Source: Eledone cirrhosa (Eukaryota). Taken from it: a DNA stretch of 64,000 bases. Of the stretch, positions 37,814-51,206 are shown one piece after another. The notes beneath the pieces were generated by a model. The model was not told the DNA's origin. It saw nothing but the letters and a program-made list of their open reading frames with translations, and ran no database searches. The position numbers and the translations under genes are program-made. Numbering within the stretch: the first letter of the stretch is position 1; each line of letters opens with the position of its first letter. Where the stretch lies: NCBI GenBank assembly GCA_964016885.1, contig OZ024751.1, positions 25,916,001 through 25,980,000 on the forward strand. The letters run 5' to 3'.

Positions 37814-39688
37814 CTACATTTTAAATTTAAATTTATATTTAAACGTTGAGTTTAATCTATGTTTGCAACAACTGAATAAATTTGTCCGTAGGTTAAGGGA
37901 ATTTTTAGATTTTAGTATAAAGAATATCTCCTCTGCGCAGAGGTCACATGTCTCAGAGGATGAATTAAAAGGAATCCCTCTTGAGACTATATTCCAAGCC
38001 GTCGAATATCTAACGTTATCTAGCTTAAGTTGCCAGAGTACACCTGATAGTGCCGTTGAAGATTTTTTATTTGGATCTGTGAAAGAATTCTTGTGGTTAT
38101 TATAGCGAAGTTTAAATTCCGTCGATGTGGAACCGACGTAGTTAAAAGAATTAGAGTCAGTATTAACATTACAATTGTATACTATATTTTTAACTAAGCA
38201 GTTGTTATTTAACGGACATTTAGATCTATCTCTACAGTTGCATTTGTTAACTTGTATATTATTTATGCTATTATCAGTAGTTTTTAAGTTCCTATTATTT
38301 ATTCTATTAATATTTTGTGCTAAATTTGTGGTGGATGAGTAGGTTAATTTAATTGTATGCCTATTGAAGATTGAGTGGTACCTATGTGTTCTAGGGAAGC
38401 GATTATCAAGAGCTTTGAAAAATAATTTAGCGATGTGGGTTTTAATGTTTAGTGAGAAAGGGGGGGCAAACCAAATTATGTTCCTAGTTCTATTTCTTTT
38501 TTGTCCTTTGGAATTATTGTAATGCTTTCTATTATAGTTGTTAATGTTGTTGCCATAATTAAAAAAGTTGTTACTTTGTTTAGTTTGTTTATCATTATCT
38601 ATGTACACAATCTTATCAGCATACCCTGCCCTAGCTAGTGCATCATTATAGTATTGGGCCTTTTCGTCAAAAATCTTTCTATTCGACGAGATCCTAGAGA
38701 TACGCTTTTGGACTGAGTTTACTATAGTGTTTTTGACAGATCTGGGGTGGTTAGAGTTAAAGTTGACATAGTTTAAGTCTTCATTCAACTTGTGAAAAGG
38801 ATAGTGGAGACATGTGTTGAGATTTAATGTTATATCTAGGACATTGACTATTCTATGGTTGTTCTCAATTTCTATTTTAAGGTTAAAGTAATTAAAAAAT
38901 TTTGTAATTTGTTTACATTTTCTATTTAGTTCAGGGTTATTATTATTAATGAGTAAAAGCATGTCATCCCTATATAAACCTCCGGTAGTACCAGGTATTT
39001 TCCTATGTAGCGAATTGATTAAAAATAAGCCCACAAGGTCAGTTACTTGAGCTGAGTCGGAAGATCCCATAGTTATGTCAAAATTGCTATCTCTATCTGC
39101 TCTGGTCCATAATTTGTCATCAAATTCTATCAAAGTTTTCCTAGCCGATAATATAATATGCATTTCTTTGCTAGTTAGGTCCGTATGTTTGAATGCGTAA
39201 TTTAGTGCCTTATTTAGTAGACTAGGGGTAATAGAAGAATAATAGTTAGCTATATCAAGTTGAATAAACCTATTATTATTGTCATATTTAATTTGCCTAA
39301 ACCACTCAACAACCTCTCCGGTTCCCTTCCACAAGCTCAGGTTAGATACATAATCCAAGTTCTTAATTTGCAGTATCACCCTGTCAAGAATGTTTTTGCT
39401 TAATTTGCCCAGGTCCGATTTTGAAGGTGCGATTAATCTAACTGGCAGGTCAATCTCAAAATTCCTCTTGTGGTCCTTCATATTGATCTTCGGTTTCCTG
39501 GGCACAAAAGGTTGTGTTCTGTTCTCAATTTCCAACTCATGCATTATACAAGATGCTTCAACATTCATTTTCACAAGTTCGGTCTTATCTGCTACCTTGT
39601 ATTTTTTCCTCAGCTCTTTCAGTATGAGGCCATTATACATGTCTTTCTGCACTCCATAGAGGTTGTTGGTCTTGTCAGATTTCACCAA
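37814..39688 (-). CDS. PLE reverse transcriptase + GIY-YIG endonuclease (5'-truncated; frame open up to 39868)
   Basis: DKT, DIANYYSSI, MGS, YRDD, VLDITL (F>V vs right arm), Cys linker CNC...CPL..C, IVY..YVG..R..H. Confidence 0.9.
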   Translation of the reverse strand: MVKSDKTNNLYGVQKDMYNGLILKELRKKYKVADKTELVKMNVEASCIMHELEIENRTQPFVPRKPKINMKDHKRNFEIDLPVRLIAPSKSDLGKLSKNILDRVILQIKNLDYVSNLSLWKGTGEVVEWFRQIKYDNNNRFIQLDIANYYSSITPSLLNKALNYAFKHTDLTSKEMHIILSARKTLIEFDDKLWTRADRDSNFDITMGSSDSAQVTDLVGLFLINSLHRKIPGTTGGLYRDDMLLLINNNNPELNRKCKQITKFFNYFNLKIEIENNHRIVNVLDITLNLNTCLHYPFHKLNEDLNYVNFNSNHPRSVKNTIVNSVQKRISRISSNRKIFDEKAQYYNDALARAGYADKIVYIDNDKQTKQSNNFFNYGNNINNYNRKHYNNSKGQKRNRTRNIIWFAPPFSLNIKTHIAKLFFKALDNRFPRTHRYHSIFNRHTIKLTYSSTTNLAQNINRINNRNLKTTDNSINNIQVNKCNCRDRSKCPLNNNCLVKNIVYNCNVNTDSNSFNYVGSTSTEFKLRYNNHKNSFTDPNKKSSTALSGVLWQLKLDNVRYSTAWNIVSRGIPFNSSSETCDLCAEEIFFILKSKNSLNLRTNLFSCCKHRLNSTFKYKFKFKM

Positions 39689-40051
39689 GATCTTCTCAGT
39701 TTTCTCTAAGCTCTCAATGTTATCCTTAATGCCTTTCAGATATTCCTGGCCTTTAAAGTTTCTCTTGAATTTGACCCCTTGTATGATAGAAATTATATCG
39801 TTTTCAAAGTCAGATAAAAGTTTGTTAGGGGGTGGATTTCTTTTAGATTTGAAAACTTTGTTTAAGTCCGAGACTTAAACAAAGTTTTCAAATCTAAAAG
39901 AAATCCACCCCCTAACAAACTTTTATCTGACTTTGAAAACGATATAATTTCTATCATACAAGGGGTCAAATTCAAGAGAAACTTTAAAGGCCAGGAATAT
40001 CTGAAAGGCATTAAGGATAACATTGAGAGCTTAGAGAAAACTGAGAAGATC

Positions 40052-41926
40052 TTGGTGAAATCTGACAAGACCAACAACCTCTATGGAGTGCAGAAAGACA
40101 TGTATAATGGCCTCATACTGAAAGAGCTGAGGAAAAAATACAAGGTAGCAGATAAGACCGAACTTGTGAAAATGAATGTTGAAGCATCTTGTATAATGCA
40201 TGAGTTGGAAATTGAGAACAGAACACAACCTTTTGTGCCCAGGAAACCGAAGATCAATATGAAGGACCACAAGAGGAATTTTGAGATTGACCTGCCAGTT
40301 AGATTAATCGCACCTTCAAAATCGGACCTGGGCAAATTAAGCAAAAACATTCTTGACAGGGTGATACTGCAAATTAAGAACTTGGATTATGTATCTAACC
40401 TGAGCTTGTGGAAGGGAACCGGAGAGGTTGTTGAGTGGTTTAGGCAAATTAAATATGACAATAATAATAGGTTTATTCAACTTGATATAGCTAACTATTA
40501 TTCTTCTATTACCCCTAGTCTACTAAATAAGGCACTAAATTACGCATTCAAACATACGGACCTAACTAGCAAAGAAATGCATATTATATTATCGGCTAGG
40601 AAAACTTTGATAGAATTTGATGACAAATTATGGACCAGAGCAGATAGAGATAGCAATTTTGACATAACTATGGGATCTTCCGACTCAGCTCAAGTAACTG
40701 ACCTTGTGGGCTTATTTTTAATCAATTCGCTACATAGGAAAATACCTGGTACTACCGGAGGTTTATATAGGGATGACATGCTTTTACTCATTAATAATAA
40801 TAACCCTGAACTAAATAGAAAATGTAAACAAATTACAAAATTTTTTAATTACTTTAACCTTAAAATAGAAATTGAGAACAACCATAGAATAGTCAATTTC
40901 CTAGATATAACATTAAATCTCAACACATGTCTCCACTATCCTTTTCACAAGTTGAATGAAGACTTAAACTATGTCAACTTTAACTCTAACCACCCCAGAT
41001 CTGTCAAAAACACTATAGTAAACTCAGTCCAAAAGCGTATCTCTAGGATCTCGTCGAATAGAAAGATTTTTGACGAAAAGGCCCAATACTATAATGATGC
41101 ACTAGCTAGGGCAGGGTATGCTGATAAGATTGTGTACATAGATAATGATAAACAAACTAAACAAAGTAACAACTTTTTTAATTATGGCAACAACATTAAC
41201 AACTATAATAGAAAGCATTACAATAATTCCAAAGGACAAAAAAGAAATAGAACTAGGAACATAATTTGGTTTGCCCCCCCTTTCTCACTAAACATTAAAA
41301 CCCACATCGCTAAATTATTTTTCAAAGCTCTTGATAATCGCTTCCCTAGAACACATAGGTACCACTCAATCTTCAATAGGCATACAATTAAATTAACCTA
41401 TTCATCCACCAAAAATTTAGCACAAAATATTAATAGAATAAATAATAGGAACTTAAAAACTACTGATAATAGCATAAATAATATACAAGTTAACAAATGC
41501 AACTGTAGAGATAGATCTAAATGTCCGTTAAATAACAACTGCTTAGTTAAAAATATAGTATACAATTGTAATGTTAATACTGACTCTAATTCTTTTAACT
41601 ACGTCGGTTCCACATCGACGGAATTTAAACTTCGCTATAATAACCACAAGAATTCTTTCACAGATCCAAATAAAAAATCTTCAACGGCACTATCAGGTGT
41701 ACTCTGGCAACTTAAGCTAGATAACGTTAGATATTCGACGGCTTGGAATATAGTCTCAAGAGGGATTCCTTTTAATTCATCCTCTGAGACATGTGACCTC
41801 TGCGCAGAGGAGATATTCTTTATACTAAAATCTAAAAATTCCCTTAACCTACGGACAAATTTATTCAGTTGTTGCAAACATAGATTAAACTCAACGTTTA
41901 AATATAAATTTAAATTTAAAATGTAG
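40052..41926 (+). CDS. PLE reverse transcriptase + GIY-YIG endonuclease (5'-truncated; frame open from 39872)
   Basis: Upstream in-frame DLNKVFKSKRNPPPNKLLSDFENDI..; YRDD; FLDITL; IVY..YVG; annotated start is TTG, not a native ATG. Confidence 0.92.
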   Translation: MVKSDKTNNLYGVQKDMYNGLILKELRKKYKVADKTELVKMNVEASCIMHELEIENRTQPFVPRKPKINMKDHKRNFEIDLPVRLIAPSKSDLGKLSKNILDRVILQIKNLDYVSNLSLWKGTGEVVEWFRQIKYDNNNRFIQLDIANYYSSITPSLLNKALNYAFKHTDLTSKEMHIILSARKTLIEFDDKLWTRADRDSNFDITMGSSDSAQVTDLVGLFLINSLHRKIPGTTGGLYRDDMLLLINNNNPELNRKCKQITKFFNYFNLKIEIENNHRIVNFLDITLNLNTCLHYPFHKLNEDLNYVNFNSNHPRSVKNTIVNSVQKRISRISSNRKIFDEKAQYYNDALARAGYADKIVYIDNDKQTKQSNNFFNYGNNINNYNRKHYNNSKGQKRNRTRNIIWFAPPFSLNIKTHIAKLFFKALDNRFPRTHRYHSIFNRHTIKLTYSSTKNLAQNINRINNRNLKTTDNSINNIQVNKCNCRDRSKCPLNNNCLVKNIVYNCNVNTDSNSFNYVGSTSTEFKLRYNNHKNSFTDPNKKSSTALSGVLWQLKLDNVRYSTAWNIVSRGIPFNSSSETCDLCAEEIFFILKSKNSLNLRTNLFSCCKHRLNSTFKYKFKFKM

Positions 41927-42194
41927 TATATTTAGTTTGATTTATATTTATATGAGAACTAGCCGATAAATCTTTTGATTCCTAAATCTTTGATTCCCTC
42001 TTTTTACTGTTTATTTTATTGTATTTATTTTTATTTTTATTTTTTATTTTTATTTTTATTTTTATCTAAACATTCCTCATGAAAAATTAAGCTACCCTAA
42101 AAGCCGATGCTCCAAATTTTATGAATTAACCTTACACTTGATAAACTTATATATTAAATATAGGAACATATGTAGACATTATTGGACATCATAA

Positions 42195-42248
<54 letters not shown>

Positions 42249-43458
42249 GATATTCCTTGCTAGATGTGATTTGATAGATAATTTTTGGCTTTGTCTTGTA
42301 GTGAACTTGGCAATATATTGTCAATTAACCTTGAAGGGTTGTTCTTTGTGGTTTATTTTTTATTTTTATTTTTATTTTTATTTTTATTTTTATTTTTATT
42401 TTTATTTTTATTTTTATTTTTATTCTTTTAGTATTGTAGTATTCTATAATATTTTTATATTTTTATTTTTTATTTTTTATTTTATTTTATTTTTATTTTT
42501 AATATTTTTATATGTAAAGTTTTAATACGTAATAATTTTAAAACATAGTATTTTTAATATGCAATATTTTTATTATGTAATATTCTTTCGTAATATTCTT
42601 TTTTAGTTTTCTATTCTATATTTTTATATTTTTATATATTTTTACTTATTATCATTATTATTGTTATCTCTGCTTATAATATAATATATATTTTCGATTA
42701 GTATATTGAAATCTGCTCTCTATTTCTGCTTGATAGATAATCTTGTAGAGTAATCGCAAGAATAATAATACGCTCAAATGTTTATACCACATTGAGAATG
42801 TTTTCCGGTAACTTTGAATTTGCGGAGTGAATCAGTTGGACTCACATAGACATATGAATTTTTTAAAAAACTAAACATAAGATAATGAATTTTCACGCAT
42901 TGTGAATACTTGTTTCATTCAGGAATACTGATATTTACAATATAGTGTAAGTTTTATAAATACTAATACATTAAAACATAGGGTTTTCTACGCCTCGAAT
43001 ATGTCTGGCTATTTTTAAATTTTTCTCTCTCTATATCTCTCTATATCTCTCTATATCTCCCTTACATTAATACTTGAGCTAAATAAATAGATAAATAAAT
43101 AAATAAATAAATAAATGCATCATTGATACACTTACTCAAAATGACCTCCCACTACCTAATTTTTCTATATCTATATTTATATATGTATCTATCTCTATTT
43201 CCTCTCTCTATATATATATATATATCTCTTTCGGTCTCTTTACATGAAGCTCTTCGCTTTATCTATTTTTCCATCTCTCTATTTTGTCCCATGCATTTCT
43301 TCTTTTTCTTCTTTTTCTTCCTTTTCTTCGTTTCGTCTTTCTTTCTTTCTTATTTCCCTCTTTTCTCTCTCTCTTTCTTTCTCTCTGTATTTTCACTGCT
43401 AGAGTGAACCTCTTCAAATGAAGTTGATGTTTATTACGGTATGTCGAATATATTTATC

Positions 43459-43557
43459 TATAAAACTGTTTATATTGTATTTTGTCTGATGAAGGCATAG
43501 CATATTGTTAATATGATATCCCCGAAATATATATAATGAAATAAATATGGTTTTATA
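43459..43557 (+). ncRNA. Type I hammerhead ribozyme with minimal palindromic stem III
   Basis: tattttgt CTGATGA(43486-92) ..catatt-gtt-aatatg.. GAAA(43524-27) tatata TA atgaaata; stem I extends via ttatatt/aatatgg and tataaaa/ttttata. Confidence 0.85.
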
Positions 43558-43726
43558 AATATAGTTTTCCATTTATTTAATATTGTAAATATACTCCAAG
43601 TATTTGTCGAGTGCTTTTATATCAGTTATAAATATTTACTAGTTGTAACCCAACAATTTTAAATATAACTTTACATGTATATATATATATATATATATAC
43701 GATATTAATAAATGGAAACTATATTT

Positions 43727-43821
43727 ATAAAACCATATTTATTTCATTATACATATTTCAGGGATACCAAATTAAATTATGGTATGCCTTCATCAGACAA
43801 AATACAATATATAACAGTTTT
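43727..43821 (-). ncRNA. Type I hammerhead ribozyme (mirror of 43881-43977)
   Basis: tcatcag at 43790-43796, tttc at 43756-43759. Confidence 0.8.
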
Positions 43822-43880
43822 ACAAATAAGCTTTGACGTACCCTATTAAAATGCAACCATTGTTTTTGAAGTCATCCGGA

Positions 43881-43977
43881 AAAACTGTTATATATTGTAT
43901 TTTGTCTGATGAAGGCATACCATAATTTAATTTGGTATCCCTGAAATATGTATAATGAAATAAATATGGTTTTATAA
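43881..43977 (+). ncRNA. Type I hammerhead ribozyme
   Basis: CTGATGA(43906-12) aggcatacca-loop-tggtatccct GAAA(43943-46) tatgta TA atgaaata; stem II sequence differs from the 43486 copy but pairing is kept. Confidence 0.85.
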
Positions 43978-44090
43978 ATATAGTTTCCATTTATTAATAT
44001 CGTATATCTACTCCAAATACTTGTCGAGTGCTTTATATCAATTATAAAAATATTTACTTGTTGTATCCCAACAATTTTAAATAGAACTTT

Positions 44091-44229
<139 letters not shown>

Positions 44230-44237
44230 GTATATAT

Positions 44238-44395
44238 ATGTCTACCCCGATAGTTCTCTGTCGACATCTTATAACGATGTGAAACCATTATTAATAAAAT
44301 CGAGATTTCTTAACCAAACGAAAAGATTTTATTTTTTAAGATATTTCAATTGTGATTTGATTAACGTTAACATTCGACTTACATAGCCTCCTGTA
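44238..44395 (+). mobile_element. Short family D element, possible decayed hammerhead
   Basis: ctct CTGTCGA-like core, catc-ttataac-gatg t GAAA; the 34797 copy reads GTGACGA at the equivalent site. Confidence 0.45.
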
Positions 44396-44439
44396 TATAT
44401 GGTGGGGGGGTGATGGGGGGCGGGGGTGACGGGGGGGTA

Positions 44440-44457
44440 TGTAAATATGTATGTATG

Positions 44458-44491
<34 letters not shown>

Positions 44492-44778
44492 TGTATGTAT
44501 GTATGTATGTATGTATGTGCATGTATGTATGTATGTATATGTATGTATGTGCATGTATGTATGCATGTATGTATATGTATGTATGTATGTATATATGTAT
44601 GTATTCGTATGTGTGTATATATAGTTGAAAATATAAATTAATACATACATCCATACATTCATACATACATATTTATTTACATACAAACATTCATACATGT
44701 TTACATACATACATACATACATATTATACATACATACATACATACATACATACATACATACATACATACATACATACA

Positions 44779-44809
<31 letters not shown>

Positions 44810-44930
44810 TATACATTCATACATACATATTATACATTCATACATACATATTATACATACATACATACATATTATACATTCATACATACATACATACATA
44901 CATACATACATACATACATACATACATACA

Positions 44931-44961
<31 letters not shown>

Positions 44962-45024
44962 TATACATTCATACATACATACATACATATTATACATACA
45001 TACATACATACATACATACATACA

Positions 45025-45055
<31 letters not shown>

Positions 45056-45065
45056 TATACATTCA

Positions 45066-45096
<31 letters not shown>

Positions 45097-45130
45097 TATA
45101 CATTCATACATACATACATACATACATACA

Positions 45131-45162
<32 letters not shown>

Positions 45163-45170
45163 CATTCATA
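44440..45170. repeat. Head-to-head (TATG)n / (CATA)n microsatellite blocks
   Basis: Direct reading. Confidence 0.9.
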
Positions 45171-45416
45171 TATTTGATTTTTATGAATTTCGACTCCAAT
45201 AATCGATATGTGGGCCTCCATTTTAAATAGCTACTATAATGTATTGTTTCTTTTAGTTCCAATTAATCTACTTGTAAGTTATAAATTGAATTTAGTAGCA
45301 TCTACACTAATCGATGAAGAATGTTGACTTTTGTCTACTTTCTTCAACCTGATCTCAACACAATTCCAGCTTCTTCGCTTTACACATATCTGGAAATATA
45401 ATTACCATGGACAGTT

Positions 45417-45447
<31 letters not shown>

Positions 45448-45470
45448 TGATAATAATAATAATAATAATA

Positions 45471-45950
45471 GAAGGTGCTGTGGGATTTTAGGATACAGAC
45501 GGACAAAAAACTGGAACACAATAGACCTGACCTGGTGGTTGTGGACAAAGAAAAAAGATCGTGTCTGATTGTGGATGTGGCCTGCCCGTTCGACACGAGA
45601 GTGCAAGAGAAGGAGAGGGAGAAAATTAACCGATACCAGGACCTAAAGTGGGAGGTGAAAAGGATCTGGAACTGCCATGAAGTCAAAGTGATCCCGTTTG
45701 TCATAGGCGCACTGGGGACTATCTCCAAAAGTTTCCAGGGATGGTTAAAGAAAATCGGCCCCTTCACGCTTTTTGGAACGCTGCAAAAGGCATGCTTGCT
45801 TGGAACAGCGAGAACCCTCCGATACGTCCTGAATATCTGAGGCTGCAGGTAGTGGCTTGATATTCAATCCAACGGACTTTCCAGTTAACCAACATCAATG
45901 ACTGAGATTCAAGGAATAACAACAATAATAATAATAATAATAATAATAAT
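45471..45950 (+). mobile_element. Short 5'-truncated Dong/R4 copy in (TAA)n
   Basis: ORF 45475-45840 is near-identical to the RLE C-terminus; same 3' UTR; (TAA)n on both sides. Confidence 0.95.
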
Positions 45951-47045
45951 GCTTTCTTTATTAACCACAAGGGTTTACATAAAGTAGACATTAATGACAG
46001 TACAGGACAATACAGGACGGTACAAATGGGCATTTCTGCGTGTAAAAAAACTAAAACAGAGGATGTAACAAAAAAATAACAATGAAAAATTTCCCAATAG
46101 GGGGGAGACTTCCGAGGGATATTTGTGGAGAAAGCCCATTAAAAGTCCACAGTGACCCTGACCACCAGGGCAAGTGCCCTCTCCCAGTTTTCCACCTTTA
46201 ATTTATAGACACATACTCAGAGTAGGCCCATTCACTCGGGCCATACTTGCTTCTCTCACCCATCTTTCAACAAAATGCTGGGAAGAGAACACTTCGCTCT
46301 CTACCCTGATTTTCCTTTTCAAATGAAATTTGAAAAAGTTAATCAGGGCATCACCGAAGAGGTAAGTGCTCGTCTTCAGCCCTTTCAAACGTGTCCACCA
46401 TACTATCTCTTTCGCCATGGCCACCAGACAGATAAAAACTGCCTGCCCTTCCCGGCTAAAGGAAGAGGGCGGGGCAATCCTCACGATGGACTCATCTGAT
46501 AGCTGGATCCGTCCTACACGTGACAGCTGGTGTTGGCCGGAGAGGAAAGTGTCCATCTTCAACCCTTTTAACCTTGTCCACCACACAATCTCTTTCGCCC
46601 TGGCCACCAGGCAGATGAAAACTGCTCGCCCTTCCTCCTCTTTTAAGGAGGATGGCGGGGCTATCTGCACAATGGACTCAGTCGATAACCGGATCCGTCC
46701 TACACGCGACAGCAACTGTTCGACATAGCTCCACAAGTCAACAATCCTCGGGCAAAGAACGAGTGCGTGCAGGACGATTTCGTCGCCCTGCACGCCTCTC
46801 GGGCAGGTTCGGCTGACAACACCTCCGTGCCTGTAGAACTTATCCCGAATCGGTAACGCTCCCCGGTAACACTGCAAGGCCAGGGATTTCTGGAAGTTGT
46901 CCATAGGCCCCGGGCTGAAGGTTCTCTTGAAGAGAACGAACAGCTGATCGTCTTTGACGCCAAGGGTCTCCCCGAGAACGTCGTCGCTCTTCCCCTCTAT
47001 AGAACGCCGAGGTGGATGTTCTACCGATATCAGTGCCCAGCTGAT
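45951..47045 (-). mobile_element. 5'-truncated L1/Tx1-like LINE with internal duplication
   Basis: ORF 46203-47117 is homologous to 18894-19667; segment LSRVGRI..WWTRLKGLK occurs twice in frame. Confidence 0.8.
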
Positions 47046-49823
47046 GATGGATAAAATCCAGAAACACGTACCAGGCGTTCTCACACGATCCTGGTAATAT
47101 GATCCAGGTGAAAACATTTATAGCGAAACTTTTGTATGTTTAAACATGCCGTATCTGTGTTTTATACATAAATTTGAGCGACTTCCGTCCGTCCGTCACA
47201 CAATGTGCGTGTGTCTGTGATGTGGGAATGTATGTGTGTGTAAAAGGAAGGAAAGGGATGGTGAAAATTCTAAAGCAAAACAGCGGGTGGCGTTCCATTT
47301 GCTATGCTGTGTGTGAGCGTATGTGTGTATTTGTGTAAATGTATGGGGGTGTGTGTGTGTGTGTTTGTGTGAATGTATGTGTAGTTGTGTGAATGTATGT
47401 GTGTTTGTGTGAATGTATGTGTAGTTGTGTGAATGTATGTCTGTCAGTGTGTACTTTTGTAAGTGTGCCTGTGTTTGCGCATTTATATTTATATACTCAT
47501 ACATATAAATGTATGTATATGCACATTCATACACACACGCACAGACATATATACACATACGCATCAGCGTGTTGAAAAAAAATCCTAGTTATATAAACCC
47601 CTACAACATGACTTTGTCTGCAATCGTGTGACAACAACTCGATGTGATGTGGGTCTCCACCATCACCACTGCAATGACAGACAACCAGACATAGAGACCA
47701 GCTGACAAGAGAGAATATAGTGTAGTTTATTACAAACTTATGTAACTAGTTTTCAATAAAATATATCAGTGATGTCAGCAGAATTATTATGAGAAAGGTG
47801 CCAAGACTGTTGTCGTCTTTTGTCAACATATGATCATGCACACGTGACGGAGCACATACACAACAGGAATGTATTAGCTTTAGCTCCATATATAATTACA
47901 AATATTGAATGGTTTTGATGTTTTCTTTTCTAAAAGTATTTACATCTATTTCCGCCAAAAATGTCTTCTCTCCTTAATCTTACATTTTCTGTGTAATATA
48001 GTTTACATTTTCAAAATCTGATGATGGAAGTTTACACCTGTTGTTAGCTAGCGGGATTCTGCCGTTTCACTCTTACGGATGATTGAAATGTCATCATATT
48101 TCTTATATTGGGTGAATAAGGAAAATAACATATATTTCATTTGATACAACAAAAGTTTATACATTCACCTGACCTCACAGGAGATATTTTCTTCTTTTCC
48201 TTATTGTTTTTTTTTTATTATTATTTTTTAAACAAAAACAAATTTCAAAGCAATACCTCGGAGAAACTCAAGAAGATTATGATCAGACATCATATCGCTA
48301 CTATCTTCCCAGAAATCCAATTAAGCAGTCTTGTTTTAACAACACACCAAACGTCTTATAGTTTTCTGTGTTGGACTATCACAAACTAAATCTAATATCA
48401 ATAAGCTGTTGGTGTTTTGGGGTTTGGCTTTTTTTTTTTTTTTTTGCTTTATGTTTCGATTTTTCGTTGTTTTAGTTTTATCGTTCTGTTTTGTTTTGTT
48501 TTTGTGGAAGGGGTTGTATTTTGTTTGTCCTTTTCTTGTCTGAGTAAACAAGACATCGTTGTTAAGTTTAAACTTATTCACCGCCACCACAGCCACCCCA
48601 CCACCACCAACACCACCACCACCACAACTGGTTTTCAATAACCTAGATATCTTGAAACAACAGACGTAAATCAATAGTTTACAGATGTAGATCTAAGTTT
48701 CTGCAGGTTTGGTGTCGAATGCTGGAAAACAAATCTCGAGTCGACGGATTATCAGATAAAGACATTTCAACTTCACTTACTTTGCATACTTACAAGAGAA
48801 AGGCATGAAGGCTACAGCATAACACTTCCACACAAACCTACCACACTCCATTCTTTCAAATGTAACAGTAAACCTTTCTGAAATAAATGTAACCGTCATG
48901 GTTTCAATTCTTGTCTTAGTTGAACCCGGTCTCCTCCACTTTCACTACCAAAGGATTACAAATAAAGAAAACGTGGGGAAGGATATGAACACTACTTACA
49001 CGCAGGTTCCTTTTTTATATATGTTTAACCAAGGATCAAACTTTGTGATAAGAAGCGGGGCTGAGTCATGGTAATGGTTTAGTGCTAAATTAAATGACTC
49101 AGGATATTTTATGACACTCTAAGTTCCGATTTCAGAAGCCTTCCATGCTTCAATTCGCTCTTCATTCTTCCAGAATTGAACAAATATGTACCAGTGCTGT
49201 GCTGGTGTCAAAACAGCCGGTTATATCCTTCCTGAATAATTAACAGGGTCGTTAGAACATCTAATTATATATACACACACACACATATATATATGAGTGT
49301 GTGTGTGTATGTGTGTGTGTATGTTTATATGTATGTATACACATGCACCTACCCCCCATATATATATATATACTTTATATATGCTTTTCAAATTATTTTC
49401 TCATAACTGAATAAACTATCTTACATTTATGAAGAAACACTTCAACAACTTTCTATATTAAGTATTTAAGTATGAGATGAATTTGGATGTGTGTCTGTAG
49501 TGTGTGGGGAGGAGGAGGAGGAGGGGGGGCTAATGAGGTATAAGATACATGTCTTTTGATAAAAAGAAAACAATAACAAACAGAAAAATAAGTTGAAAAA
49601 TTAATTGAGAGTGGTCAGATGTATAAGTCAAAGTTAGTGATGGAACTTTTGTTGAGAGAGATGTATATTGTTGTTGTTGTTGGTTTGGAAGGGGAGGCGA
49701 CGGAGGCCTCGTAGTAAGTCACATATTTACCTCCCAACATATAAACATACATACAACCCATACATATATTCAAGTTTATACATACCCAGTACACACACGC
49801 ACACACACACACACACACACACG

Positions 49824-49858
<35 letters not shown>

Positions 49859-49861
<3 letters not shown>

Positions 49862-50049
49862 GGAACAAGTAAGACCCCGACGGCTGAGCTCAAGCCGTTT
49901 CGACGGCTAATGAGTACAGAATTAGCCGTCGAAACGGCTTGAGCTCAGCCGTCGGGGTCTTACTTGTTCCTATTACCCACTCTACTACCCTAAGTATTGA
50001 GTACTTTGGTGCGTTATGGTCCACCTGGTTCCTTACCACATTTCCTTCG

Positions 50050-50052
<3 letters not shown>
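49859..50052 (+). mobile_element. Family B fold-back insertion in (TA)n
   Basis: Perfect ~52-bp inverted repeat 49859-49911 / 49921-49973, then the tail. Confidence 0.9.
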
Positions 50053-50107
<55 letters not shown>

Positions 50108-50265
50108 TGCTAAGGTGTTCTAGAATTTTTTTAAGTTTTGTTGTGGCTATTTGTAAATTGTGCCTCCGTTTGGTCATCAGCTGGTCACGGTAAACACGAT
50201 CGATGGTTAAACTAAAGCGTCGAAGGGTAGAGCAGACAAACATGCACACACACACACACACACAC

Positions 50266-50411
<146 letters not shown>

Positions 50412-50908
50412 GTGTGTGTGTGTGTGTATGTGTGTGTGTGTTATAGGCATGTGTTTATGTAGGTATAAAGTAAATGGAAGAGAAGGGCTAAAGCAGGGAT
50501 ATAATGAAATCCGCTTTACCTCGTTTCTCTGTCGTCATATCTAGAAAATGTCAGTGTCCCCCAGCGAAACAAAGAAGATATTTCAATAAACCGTTTATGA
50601 ATATCTAAACAAGTCACACAAAATGGCACCCACACGTATTTACTATGCTTTGCAACTTTTCAACTTCCTCAAGTAATAATATTCAACAAATACTATAAAG
50701 GTTTTGTCGCTGACGGAAGTTGTGACGTTAAAGCTCATTCTTCTCCTTATCATTATTATTATTATTATAATTATAATTATTATTATTATTATCATCATCA
50801 TCATCATCATCATCATTCATATTTAAGTATTTGTTACTTTATTAAAGGTTAACATATATAAATAACATTAGTTTAAAATGTCATTTCTGAATGTTATTCA
50901 GCTCGCGG

Positions 50909-50977
<69 letters not shown>

Positions 50978-50989
50978 TGTATGTGTGTA

Positions 50990-51071
<82 letters not shown>

Positions 51072-51130
51072 TGTGTTTGTGTGTGTGAAAAATTTATATA
51101 TGTATAGATACAGATACAGTGTGTATAAAT

Positions 51131-51206
<76 letters not shown>

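Larger units (their letters stand above)
39872..43676 (+). mobile_element. Penelope-like retroelement (Cys-linker type, Neptune-like), right arm with complete 3' end
   Basis: RT-GIY-YIG ORF, ~1.75 kb 3' UTR, hammerhead, tail, then (TA)n. Confidence 0.95.

Noticed and set aside
36362-43407. 94-aa and 84/104-aa ORFs in the PLE 3' UTRs
   Set aside because: Derived from pyrimidine tracts and (TTTTTA)n; they recur only because of the palindrome.
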